The notes: generated by a model not told the origin, from the letters alone. A stretch of DNA of 64,000 bases from a virus (IMGVR_UViG_3300043607_000009:441-64440); one strand, 5' to 3'; positions 54,270 to 63,257 are shown, counted from the stretch's first letter. A program made the numbers and translations.

Positions 54270-54590
54270 GCTAGTTCTCCTTGGTGCCGGCTAGGCACTC
54301 GTTTGTTAGCTGGCCTAACGAGTTACGAGTTCAGAGCCCGCGGAGATGTGTAGGGATGGACCGTGGGGACCGAGAGCACCAACGCCGCAACTCGTAGGCC
54401 AGTCGGTACGCTAGCCGAATGCGCGTACCGAATCAACTAGCTCCGCTGCGCGGGCAAGGTTGTTGGCACCAGTGAGGCGCGAAGATGCTCGTCCGTGATC
54501 GCTTTGAGCTTGACATACAGAGGGTCATCGTGGGCGAGCTCGCGGCCGCGCTTATCCCAGATCCGGCAAAGGCCATAGGTCCGATGCACG

Positions 54591-54812
54591 TTAGCGCTCG
54601 GTCGTAGGGAGCTGAAGCGTAGCGAGATCCACGGCGCCGGACTTGAGCGCTCGAACCACCAGCCCCACACGGTTGCGAGCATAGAAACGTCTCATCAACG
54701 ATTCCAAATGAGCGCGCACTGTGGAGCATGAGATCCCGAGCACGTGTCCGATCTCCTTGTCGATGAGCCCGCGACAGAGCTGCTCGAGAACTTGTGCCTC
54801 GCGGTCCGTCAT
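54591..54812 (-). CDS. LuxR/GerE-type HTH regulator
   Basis: TDREAQVL..LCRGL.DKEIG..LGIS.STV..H...L..R...NR. Confidence 0.85.
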   Translation of the reverse strand: MTDREAQVLEQLCRGLIDKEIGHVLGISCSTVRAHLESLMRRFYARNRVGLVVRALKSGAVDLATLQLPTTER

Positions 54813-54938
54813 CCGCCGCGTTGTTTCCGCCGTGCCTTGCGGGCGGCCTTCGACTTGCTCTTGCTGAGTTGTTTCTTCTTCACGAACCATGGAAGCGGTC
54901 CTGTATAGCCTGCGGGTCTCGGAGCTTTGTTAGCCATG

Positions 54939-55511
54939 CTATTCATCTGGGTCTGGCTTGGGCTTTATCAAGTTCAAGATCGAATTGATCACTTCGAGCT
55001 TGGTCTCATCGCGCATGCCGATCGGCTGCCCACCAGGGATGCCGCCATGCTCGTGCTTCTGCGGTTGATCCCATCCGAGCTCGGGCTGGCGCACCGCGAG
55101 CCATCGAAGTGCTGCCGCGGTGTCGGGCGGGTAGTGACGCTTGGTCCGCACCCGCACGACCTTGCCGTCCGTCCAACGTGTTTCCGGGTGCGAGAAGATC
55201 TTCTCCTCGGTGTGCGTGTAGCCGGTCGCGCGATGGAACAGCGCACCGGCCACTGCACCATCGGCCGCGAGCTTGCCCGCCTCGAGCGCCGCCTTGAACG
55301 CCGGGAACTTGGTGCGCCACATGTGGTACGTGGCTTCGGCGATCCCGAGTGCTTCGCAGATCTGCGCCACCTTGGCGCCGAGCATCGCGAGGTTGCGTGC
55401 GGTCGCGGGCGTGCGCGTCGGCGAATAGATCGGCGGCCGCCCGCCTTTGGAGATCGCGTCGGACTCCGGATCGTGGTCGCCTCGGTGGCGGATTCGTTTG
55501 CGAACGGCCAT
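54939..55511 (-). CDS. terS: terminase small subunit
   Basis: GRPP.Y..., HTH, W....P.F..A...GK..AD..V..ALF.RA.GY...E.K......PPDT.A..WL. Confidence 0.85.
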   Translation of the reverse strand: MAVRKRIRHRGDHDPESDAISKGGRPPIYSPTRTPATARNLAMLGAKVAQICEALGIAEATYHMWRTKFPAFKAALEAGKLAADGAVAGALFHRATGYTHTEEKIFSHPETRWTDGKVVRVRTKRHYPPDTAAALRWLAVRQPELGWDQPQKHEHGGIPGGQPIGMRDETKLEVINSILNLIKPKPDPDE

Positions 55512-55545
55512 GCGCGCGCGAGTCTATCACTTGAGCTCGGGCAAC

Positions 55546-55977
55546 TCACGATGCTGCGTGCGAGGCCCGGCCCACCGAGCGGGCGAGTGCGCTCGGTAGT
55601 AGCATCGGCGTTCCCCAAAACGCGCGCCAAGCGTTGCTTGGCATCGAGCGGATCTTGCCGGCGAGCGCAATCTCTTCGAGCGTCGCGAGTCGCTTGCGGT
55701 AGACCGCGATCACGTAGTCTTCGCTGCGCACGTAGTCTTCGTACTGCACGATCTGCGACACGAGCTCGCACGTGCGCACGCGCCGATCGTACGCGGGGCC
55801 ACGCACGACGTTCGGTCGTTGGCCTTGATCGAACATCGGTACGACTTCGAAGGCGTAGTTGAACCAACAGCACCAACACACTTCGTGCGTATTGGGTGCC
55901 CCGAGCTTGAGGCGGAACTCTGCGATGTGCACGTGCTCGTGCCCGCGGTTCTTGCACAGCGTGCAGTAGCGAATCAA
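55546..55977 (-). CDS. hypothetical protein
   Basis: ORF with CxxC pairs. Confidence 0.45.
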   Translation of the reverse strand: MIRYCTLCKNRGHEHVHIAEFRLKLGAPNTHEVCWCCWFNYAFEVVPMFDQGQRPNVVRGPAYDRRVRTCELVSQIVQYEDYVRSEDYVIAVYRKRLATLEEIALAGKIRSMPSNAWRAFWGTPMLLPSALARSVGRASHAAS

Positions 55978-56161
55978 CGTCGTTTCCTCAAGCGGATTGG
56001 TGACGACCCCACACAGGCGATTGGCCGATCTCGATCTGTAGTGTCTCGAGCGATTCGCTTCGCATCCGCGGGCGAAAGATCCGCTGCCATAAGCTGCGCC
56101 ACCACGGCGTTACTTGCGGATGCTTCGCAGACTTCAGTGCTACGCCGTCGTCGTTCATGTG

Positions 56162-56518
56162 TCATCTCCCTCGTTTCACCAAACGTACCGTCGAAGGAGC
56201 GGCGAATCTCTTCACGAGCTCGCGCTCCATCCAACGCACCAAAGTCTTTGCGCTCGGATCGTAATTGATCAGCGTTCCTTGATCGCGTACACGAGCGAAG
56301 CGCTGCGCCTGACTGTTCCACGCGAGCCAGTAGTTCGCTTTGTGCATGCGCTTGCGCACTGAGATTAACTTCAGCGCGATCCACGGCGGATTGCTGGCGC
56401 GAGAGCGCTCCCACAACTGCCAGTGGTTGAAGCCTGCGGTGCCTTGCGAGAGTTCGAGCTCCGCGATGAGCACACCGTGATCCGGAACATGTCCTTTCCA
56501 TCCAGTCGTGCGTCCCAA
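56162..56518 (-). CDS. hypothetical protein
   Basis: ORF in minus-strand run. Confidence 0.45.
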   Translation of the reverse strand: MGRTTGWKGHVPDHGVLIAELELSQGTAGFNHWQLWERSRASNPPWIALKLISVRKRMHKANYWLAWNSQAQRFARVRDQGTLINYDPSAKTLVRWMERELVKRFAAPSTVRLVKRGR

Positions 56519-56557
56519 ACCGATTTCTCCACATTATGAGCACTCCTTCAGCGCTCT

Positions 56558-56867
56558 CCCTTGTAAGGATATATCAATAACCTCTGCCGCAACTGCCGAT
56601 TTAACCCTTCCAAGCATCTCGAGCGAACGTCCGGCCTAGACGTTCACGACGGGGTGAACGCTGCGAACGCCGGGGTGGTAGATCCCTTGTAAGGATCTAC
56701 CCCCGCCGCCGACGTTCGGTAGCAGCGCTACACACACTCCCCGTCGCGAAGCGTCTACGGCTTGCGCCTCTGGGCCGCCGCCGGACGTACGTTCGCATCT
56801 CGATTGAATGCCGAACGCTCCCCGAACGTTGCGTTCGAAACGTTCGCACAACGTTCACGCGGCGTTC
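56558..56867. repeat. intergenic cluster: 12 RCGTTC hexamers, 13-bp direct repeat and hairpin (candidate origin)
   Basis: Counted RCGTTC/GAACGY at 56625, 56640, 56656, 56665, 56712, 56789, 56813, 56824, 56831, 56840, 56851, 56862; CCCTTGTAAGGAT at 56558 and 56684; hairpin 56677-56701. Confidence 0.55.
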
Positions 56868-58696
56868 GCTCTGCGCACGGTCGATTTGCGCGCCTCGGAG
56901 GGCCTTACAGGGGGTACACGCTTCGCAATCACCTTGCCTTCAGGCGTCAGTGACACGCGGCCTTTGCGAGCGAGCGACACGAGTGCTTGATTCACGCGCT
57001 GGCGCAACATCTTCAACTTCACGCACCGATCGCGGATCTCCGAGCGCGACTTGCCCGAGAGCTTCAAGCACACGTCGTACACCTTCTGCTCGTTCGCGCC
57101 GAGCGGGGCAGATTTCGCGGCATCGTTGCGCGCCACATCGGCCGGCTTCGGCACTTCATCGAGCACCACCGACCACACGGTCTTGCCTTCACGGCGGGTG
57201 CGCGTGGCGACGCGCTTCAACTTGAAGTATTTCGGCGCGCAGAGCTCACCATCCTTCTGCTTCGTGTTCTCCAAACACCGCACGGTCTGCATCGACGGCG
57301 CCGCGCCTTCGGGCACGTCCACCGACAACACGAATTCCGTATCCACTGCCTGCACCCATGCGGACGAACCACGGCCGCGCTTCGCATCCATGTGCCCGGT
57401 GTGATGCAGCACCAACCGCGCGATGCCGCCGCACTGCTCGGCCAACGCGCCGAAGAAGGCATAGAGATCGCCCGAGGCATTTTCGTCCGCGTCGCGCCCC
57501 AAGTAACGCGAGAACGTGTCCACGATGATCAGCGCGGGCAACCCGCCGTAGCGTTCCTCGAATTCGTCGAGCGCTTCACCGATCTCGGGGCCGCCCATAT
57601 CGAACGCCTGCGGCAGCACGGCGAACGGCACGCCAGTCGTCTTGATCCCGCGGGCGAGCGCGAGCGCTTGGAAGCGTCGCCGAATACCTCCGGCGCCCTC
57701 ACCACAGAGGTAGAGCACTGGACCCGCATGCGTCTTGTGCCCGAAGAACCTTCGCCCCACCGACACCGAGAGGCCGAGCTCGAGCACGAGCAGCGACTTT
57801 GCGGCGCCGGCCGGTCCAATCACCGAGGCTTCCGTGTCCTGCTCGAGCAAACCCTCCACCAACTGCGCGGGGAGCTCTTGCCGCTCGAAGAGGAGCTCGG
57901 CCGGGAGCAGCATGCCGTCGATCGACTTCGTGCGCGCGCGCTGCTCGCGTGGCGCGTGCTCTTCGTCGTAATACTTGCGCACCGACTTGAGCACGGTCTT
58001 CTCGAGCTCCTCCTCATCGAACGGCGGCCGGCAGCGGTCGCCCTCGTAGCGGAGCTTCTTCTCGATCTTCTTCCACGACCAATGCTGCGACACCCACGCG
58101 CCACCCATGCGGATGAGCCGATCGGAGCGCTCGCCCTCTTCGGGGTGCGCCTCGTCGAAGCGCACGCGCCGCTTCTCACTCGCCGCACGCAGTGCACGGG
58201 GAACCGGCCCGTACGGACCGAGCGCGGGGGTATCACCGTAGAAGACGACGTAGCCGCCCTCGCCACGCACGTCCACACCGGGCGCGATCATGGACGCCGA
58301 ATTAGCGATCGGCCGGCTCTTGCCGTCGGCTTTGGGTGCGCGGTAGTAAAGATGCTTGCCGCCGCTAGGCGTGTCGATCTCGTACGGTGAGCCGAGGGCA
58401 TCGCCTTGCGCGCGCTGCGCGTCGTACCATGCGCCGCCTCCGTGCCGCGGATCGACATCAATCACGACCAAGCCGGACTCGCCCGTCGCAACACCTATTC
58501 TCGCATCTGGGAACTTGTCGAAGACACGAGCGACGACTGCTACGTCGTCGGATGCGGACCATCGGGCATCGGAGAATTGCCCCCGTTCGGTGACGGGCTT
58601 CTTGCTTTTTGAATTGACCGGGAAAACCCACAGCCCTTGCTTGGCGAGCGCAATGGCCCTTGCACGCGCCGAAGCGCGTGTGTCGGATGACCCCAC
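56855..58696 (-). CDS. bifunctional primase-polymerase fused to AAA_25/RepA-like helicase
   Basis: G..VFP..K.P, IGVATG...VIDVD..GG, TPSGG.HLYY, GVDVRG.GGYVV; GPAGAAKS, IIVDT, HHTG, RGSS. Confidence 0.9.
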   Translation of the reverse strand: MGSSDTRASARARAIALAKQGLWVFPVNSKSKKPVTERGQFSDARWSASDDVAVVARVFDKFPDARIGVATGESGLVVIDVDPRHGGGAWYDAQRAQGDALGSPYEIDTPSGGKHLYYRAPKADGKSRPIANSASMIAPGVDVRGEGGYVVFYGDTPALGPYGPVPRALRAASEKRRVRFDEAHPEEGERSDRLIRMGGAWVSQHWSWKKIEKKLRYEGDRCRPPFDEEELEKTVLKSVRKYYDEEHAPREQRARTKSIDGMLLPAELLFERQELPAQLVEGLLEQDTEASVIGPAGAAKSLLVLELGLSVSVGRRFFGHKTHAGPVLYLCGEGAGGIRRRFQALALARGIKTTGVPFAVLPQAFDMGGPEIGEALDEFEERYGGLPALIIVDTFSRYLGRDADENASGDLYAFFGALAEQCGGIARLVLHHTGHMDAKRGRGSSAWVQAVDTEFVLSVDVPEGAAPSMQTVRCLENTKQKDGELCAPKYFKLKRVATRTRREGKTVWSVVLDEVPKPADVARNDAAKSAPLGANEQKVYDVCLKLSGKSRSEIRDRCVKLKMLRQRVNQALVSLARKGRVSLTPEGKVIAKRVPPVRPSEARKSTVRRANAA

Positions 58697-58859
58697 GATT
58701 ACTACCCCACGGGTCTTTTATCGAACGCGGATGGTCTCGCGAAGAACCCCCCACCGCAAGCGGCTAGGGGACAATTACTTCGAATTACTTCGTGAGAATT
58801 ACACCGTTCACTCCACCGCCTCCGTTACGTCAAATCGAGAGCGATGATTGAAATAGCAC

Positions 58860-58888
58860 TTGACTCCACCGGAGACGTGGAGTAATCT
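58860..58888 (+). promoter_or_regulatory. sigma70-like promoter
   Basis: TTGACT-17 bp-TAATCT at the strand switch; overlapping ACTCCAC/GTGGAGT inverted repeat. Confidence 0.65.
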
Positions 58889-58953
58889 ACATACACGGTC
58901 GAGATACGACCTGACTGGCGCCTCGCAGGAATACAGGGGCGACTGGAGACACC

Positions 58954-59331
58954 ATGACGACGACGACCAAGACCCTCCGTTACGGCAAAGGCTACTCGGG
59001 CAAGCTCGGCAACAAGTGCTGGATTGCCGAAATTACCGGCACCGACGACAAATACGGTCTCAAGCGCGTATTTCTCGAACCTTCCACGGTCGAGCGCGAG
59101 CACTTCAATCGCTCGCGCACGATCGTCAATTTCTCGTATGAGCTGGGGACCAACGGCCTGTACGAGCTGAGCGAAGGAGGCGAGCGCCAGTTCGTCGGCA
59201 TGTTCGCCGACGAGGACTCCGGTGCCGTCAAATGGATGCAGCTGTCTGACGCGCGCGTGAAAGCGTGGGCTGCGGCGCTCGACGAAGGCAAATCCGACAG
59301 TGAGGCTCGCGTTGCGAGCGAGGGGCTCTAG
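58954..59331 (+). CDS. early hypothetical protein
   Basis: GGAG SD; first gene after promoter. Confidence 0.65.
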   Translation: MTTTTKTLRYGKGYSGKLGNKCWIAEITGTDDKYGLKRVFLEPSTVEREHFNRSRTIVNFSYELGTNGLYELSEGGERQFVGMFADEDSGAVKWMQLSDARVKAWAAALDEGKSDSEARVASEGL

Positions 59332-59334
59332 TAC

Positions 59335-59625
59335 ATGACCAATCACCCGCGACGTTCCCGCGCACGCCTGGCTCGATACGGAGCCAGACTGCGCACCGTC
59401 GACGGCGAGCGTGTCGTCGAAATGGTTGACCCGAACGACAACGCACGCCGCCGCTACCAGTACCGCGCGACCGGCGGCGGCACGCTCGAAACACGCATTC
59501 TTCGTGCGGACGGATCGCCGATGCTCGAAGGGTCTGCGTGGGAGGCATACGCAGACAACGAGCTTGCGGCGCTGCGCGGCGTCCGCGGCACGTATCACCC
59601 GATACTTGATCCGCTCGGGCTCTGA
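59335..59625 (+). CDS. early hypothetical protein
   Basis: Contiguous ORF. Confidence 0.55.
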   Translation: MTNHPRRSRARLARYGARLRTVDGERVVEMVDPNDNARRRYQYRATGGGTLETRILRADGSPMLEGSAWEAYADNELAALRGVRGTYHPILDPLGL

Positions 59626-59628
59626 AGC

Positions 59629-60318
59629 ATGAACGACGACATCAGCACGTTTCAGCTCATGGAGCTGTTCCCGGACGAGATCGACGCGCGCGCGTACCTC
59701 GAAAAACGCCGATGGGGTGACGCGCCGTGGTGCCCGCGGTGCAGCGACGAACGGATCACGACGCGCGGCGGAGATCGTGTCGGCTATTACCGCTGCGGCG
59801 CGTGCTCGCTCGAATTCACCGTGCGCAGCGGGACGCTGATGGACCGCAGCCATGTGCCGTTGGCCGGCTGGCTCGCGGCTCTGATGTATCGCGATCAGTC
59901 GATCTCTGACATGGCGCGCGCGCTCGACGTCACTCGCAACTCTGCTGCCAGGCTGCGCGATGTGCTGACTGCCGCTCCCACGGCGCTCGACGCGGCCGTT
60001 GGCAAACTCGTCGAGACCGTGGCGACGCCGCGCGGGACGCCTGCCCCGCCGAAGCGCTACCGTGTAATGCGCGATCCGGTGCTCAGCGTTTGGAGCGGCA
60101 TGCTTTCGCGCTGTACGAATCCGCGCAGCTCCTCGTATCGCAACTACGGCGGCAGGGGGATCACCGTCTGTAAGCGCTGGCGAGTGTTTGCGCATTTCCG
60201 CAGCGATATGAGTCCGCGACCGCCGGGTACGACGCTCGATCGCTACCCGAACAACGACGGTGACTACGAGCCGGGCAACTGCCGCTGGATCAGCGGTGGA
60301 AGTACCGCGGCGTGGTGA
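59629..60318 (+). CDS. chimera: IS1595-transposase N-terminal Zn-ribbon fused to C-terminally truncated HNH
   Basis: ISTFQL.ELFPD...AR.YLE.R.W....CP.C...YRC..C...FTVR.GT; then WSGMLSRC..YGGRGITVCKRW..LDRYPNNDGDYEPGNCRW. Confidence 0.75.
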   Translation: MNDDISTFQLMELFPDEIDARAYLEKRRWGDAPWCPRCSDERITTRGGDRVGYYRCGACSLEFTVRSGTLMDRSHVPLAGWLAALMYRDQSISDMARALDVTRNSAARLRDVLTAAPTALDAAVGKLVETVATPRGTPAPPKRYRVMRDPVLSVWSGMLSRCTNPRSSSYRNYGGRGITVCKRWRVFAHFRSDMSPRPPGTTLDRYPNNDGDYEPGNCRWISGGSTAAW

Positions 60319-60410
60319 CGACTCCGAACGGTCCGCTCTTTGTCTTCGAAGAGCCGGCCGACGCGCAGTCGACGCTCCTCGTTCCCAGCCGCACCGCGCG
60401 AGCGTGACAC

Positions 60411-60671
60411 ATGCCGATGGCACACAACGGCCTCGCGAAGCTCGTTGAAGAGAGCGGCGAGCTCTCGCAAGTCGCGGGCAAGCTCCTTCAGTATCCGCAC
60501 GGCGAGCACCCTGACGGCCAAGGCCCGTTGCTCCACCGCCTCGAGCTCGAGATGGGTGACGTTCTCGCGGCGCTTCGCTTCGTCGCGCAGAAGCACCAGA
60601 TCGACTCCTCGCGCGTGAACTTCTACGCCGCGTCGAAACTCGAACTATTCAACAAGTGGGACAAAGAATGA
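60411..60671 (+). CDS. MazG-like nucleotide pyrophosphohydrolase
   Basis: KLVEESGEL...ELEMGDVLA. Confidence 0.7.
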   Translation: MPMAHNGLAKLVEESGELSQVAGKLLQYPHGEHPDGQGPLLHRLELEMGDVLAALRFVAQKHQIDSSRVNFYAASKLELFNKWDKE

Positions 60672-60870
60672 AAGCCGACTTGCTCGATCACGGTTACGTT
60701 CGCATGGTGTCGTACACGCAGCCGGTGCCAGAGGAAGGCGAGACAACGTTCACGCATGGAATGCTCTATCGCCCCGCGAGATCCGTGTGTACGCCGAAGC
60801 GATGATCGACATGCTCGCGGCGGTCTGCCCGATTGCGGTTAGTGCGTTCAAAGAGCACATGCCGCTATGA
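60668..60870 (+). pseudogene. thyX: collapsed thyX-like remnant (N- and C-termini only, different frames)
   Basis: MKADLLDHGYVRMVSY at 60668 and EIRVYAEAMIDML..VCPIAVSAFKEH ending 60870 in another frame; no central RHR motif. Confidence 0.5.
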
Positions 60871-61082
60871 CGACCGACGCGACACCGCCGCCACCCGTCG
60901 AGATCCTCTATCGCGATTGGCAGAACGCAGAGCAACCAATGGTGCAGATCCAACAAGTCGCGGGGCACTTGGACGTGAAGCAGTTCTTGGCCGTGCAACA
61001 GTGGATCAAGACCGCCTTCGTCGCCGGCTCCGGTCTCACGGCCGAGGCCATCAAGACCCACGCCTTCGATCCGGGGGATTGA
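60867..61082 (+). CDS. hypothetical protein
   Basis: Coupled by ATGA/TGATG overlaps. Confidence 0.5.
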   Translation: MTTDATPPPPVEILYRDWQNAEQPMVQIQQVAGHLDVKQFLAVQQWIKTAFVAGSGLTAEAIKTHAFDPGD

Positions 61083-61231
61083 TGTTGCGCGTTGCGCTCT
61101 CCGTTCAAGACTTCGATACGACGGGCGCGACGCTCTCGGCATGTGGCCTCTATCGCTTCGCACTGTGGCGCCAAGTGCAGCACCCCGGCATCGGGGACGG
61201 CCATCGAAGGGGAATTATATACATGAGTCCC

Positions 61232-61260
61232 TTGACACGGCCGAGGGAGTCAAGTACATT
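61232..61260 (+). promoter_or_regulatory. IS internal sigma70 promoter
   Basis: TTGACA-17 bp-TACATT starting at the inner edge of the left IR. Confidence 0.7.
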
Positions 61261-61294
61261 GGAACCGTCGAAACCACCAACCCCGGAGACTCCA

Positions 61295-61486
61295 ATGAAC
61301 AAAGTAGGCTTCACGATCTACGCCGCAACGCTCAAGGCTGATGGCATCCCCGACGTGCGGGCCACCGTCCCGGACGAGACGAGCGCGCGTCGCCTTGGCC
61401 GCCTACTGCTGGCTGACGGGTTCACGGACGTTCGGGTGCATACCTGGAACGATCGCGCCGAGGAATACAGTGAGCTGGTGCTGTGA
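61295..61486 (+). CDS. IS passenger gene 1
   Basis: GGAG SD + ATG 61295. Confidence 0.6.
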   Translation: MNKVGFTIYAATLKADGIPDVRATVPDETSARRLGRLLLADGFTDVRVHTWNDRAEEYSELVL

Positions 61487-61737
61487 TGCCGCGTCTTAGC
61501 TTCCACCAACTGCACACGCTTGTGCACTATGCCAAGTTCAACCATGGCCGTGGCGCCGAGCTTCGCAAAAGTCGTGGCACCACGATGTTCGCGCTGCGTG
61601 AAAAAGGGCTGATTGAGTTCGTCGATGCGCGCGGTACTTTCGTCCCAACCGCGCGCGGAGAGAAGGCGTTGGATGAGCACGGGTATGAAGCAAACGGCGA
61701 ATGGCGCGGCTCCAATCAGCCGCGGAAGTACGGGTGA
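61483..61737 (+). CDS. IS passenger gene 2
   Basis: Coupled start; possible small winged helix (L.EKGLIE). Confidence 0.55.
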   Translation: MMPRLSFHQLHTLVHYAKFNHGRGAELRKSRGTTMFALREKGLIEFVDARGTFVPTARGEKALDEHGYEANGEWRGSNQPRKYG

Positions 61738-61740
61738 GCT

Positions 61741-62610
61741 ATGGAAGATCACGTCACCATCAGCACGTTCCAACTGTTCCAGTTGTTCCCCGACCAGGAG
61801 TCCGCGCGCGACTACCTCGAAGCGCGCTTGTGGCCGAACGGCGCAACGTGCCCGGTCTGCGCCAAGGGCGACCGGATCACGACGCGCAAGGCTGTCGGCT
61901 TCTACCGTTGCAATCGCTGCAAAGAGGACTTCACCGTTCGCACTGGCACGATCTTCGAGCGGTCCAAGGTGCCGTTGCACAAGTGGCTCTATGCCATGTA
62001 CCTGCTCGTGACGGCTCGCAAAGGCATCAGCAGCCTGCAACTGTCGAAGCAGATCGGCATCACGCAGAAGTCCGCGTGGTTCGTGCTGCACCGGCTGCGC
62101 GAGGCGGTCGGCGGTGAAATGGACAAGCTGCGCGGCATCGTCGAGATCGACGAGACGTACTTCGGCGGCAAGGAGGCGAACAAGCACAGCGGAAAAAAAC
62201 TTCGGGCCGGGCGCGGCGCAGTCGGTAAGGCTGCGGTGCTCGGCCTGCGGGAGCGCGGTGGCCGCACTCGCGCCCTGCCGATCGAGAGCACCGACCGCGA
62301 CACGCTGCACCGGGCGATCCACGCCAACGTCGAAGTCGGCTCGGTCATTCACAGCGACGAGGCTACGGCCTACGACGGCATCGGCGGGCTGTTCTTCGGT
62401 CACAGCATCGAGAGCGTTTTTGCCGTCATGAAGCGCGGCGTGCTCGGCGTCTACCACCACACGAGCAAGAAGCACCTTGGCCGATACGTCGATGAGTTCG
62501 CGTTCCGGCTGAACGAAGGCAACGTCAAGCAGCACACGCTGGCGCGCCTGGATGCGCTGGTAGACGCGACGGTCGGCAAGCGCCTCACCTACGCGGGGTT
62601 GATCTCGTGA
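61741..62610 (+). CDS. tnpA: IS1595-family transposase (apparent internal deletion)
   Basis: CPVC..YRCNRC, EIDETY, HSDE, IES..A..KRG..G.YH..SKKHL.RY..EF. Confidence 0.92.
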   Translation: MEDHVTISTFQLFQLFPDQESARDYLEARLWPNGATCPVCAKGDRITTRKAVGFYRCNRCKEDFTVRTGTIFERSKVPLHKWLYAMYLLVTARKGISSLQLSKQIGITQKSAWFVLHRLREAVGGEMDKLRGIVEIDETYFGGKEANKHSGKKLRAGRGAVGKAAVLGLRERGGRTRALPIESTDRDTLHRAIHANVEVGSVIHSDEATAYDGIGGLFFGHSIESVFAVMKRGVLGVYHHTSKKHLGRYVDEFAFRLNEGNVKQHTLARLDALVDATVGKRLTYAGLIS

Positions 62611-62810
62611 GAAGCCGAGACGAGATCGACTACGACAACCACGTTTCGGTTCCGAAGCAGTGCGGACCAGGCTGCGAGTTCTGCAAGCACGAACGCGAAC
62701 AGGCGAAGGCACTCGACGCCATCGCAGACGTGGTGCTGCGCTACAAGCCGAAGCCAAAGAGCGAGGCCGGGAAGGCCCGCAAGCGGAAAGCCCGGAAGGC
62801 GCGCCGCTAA
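62607..62810 (+). CDS. IS passenger gene 3
   Basis: C-terminal LDAIADVVLRYKPK.K basic tail as often seen after IS1595 transposases. Confidence 0.55.
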   Translation: MRSRDEIDYDNHVSVPKQCGPGCEFCKHEREQAKALDAIADVVLRYKPKPKSEAGKARKRKARKARR

Positions 62811-63257
62811 TGGCTAAGGGACTCATGTATATAATTCCCCATCGAAGCATGCTGTTCTTGATGAACAACCCGAGCACCGCGGACGCGCGCGAAGATGACT
62901 CCACTATTCGGCGCGTGAAGGGCTTCGCGTGGGAGTGGGGCTTCCACCGCGTGTACGTCGGCAACACCAATCCGACGCGCGGCACCGATCCCAAAGCCGT
63001 GAAGCTCGCCGAGGAACCGTGGTTGTTCGAGAACGATCGCCAGCTACGCAGGCTCGCTGCGCGCGTGGAGACCATCATCGCTGCATGGGGCAACGATGCC
63101 GATCGAGAGCTCGCGAAGCGTGCATACCTCGTGGTTCGAGACATCAAGCCCGTGCACGTGCTCGGGCTCACCAAGCTCGGCGCTCCGAAGCATCCGCTAT
63201 ACTTAGCCGCCAACACCAAGCCGAAGGTATGGATACCCAAAGAGGAGCAACTTAGAA

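Larger units (their letters stand above)
61210..62839 (+). mobile_element. IS1595-family element, 1630 bp, with passenger genes
   Basis: Perfect 24-bp IRs GGGAATTATATACATGAGTCCCTT (61210-61233 / 62816-62839); 8-bp TSD CATCGAAG (61202-61209, 62840-62847). Confidence 0.95.

Noticed and set aside
58800-60330. Possible inverted repeats bounding the IS1595-HNH chimera
   Set aside because: Only a 7-8 bp CTCCACCG-like match; no convincing IR or target duplication
61318-63240. 640-aa minus-strand ORF over the IS
   Set aside because: Antisense shadow of the transposase and DUF1643; no motifs, composition typical of GC-rich reverse frames
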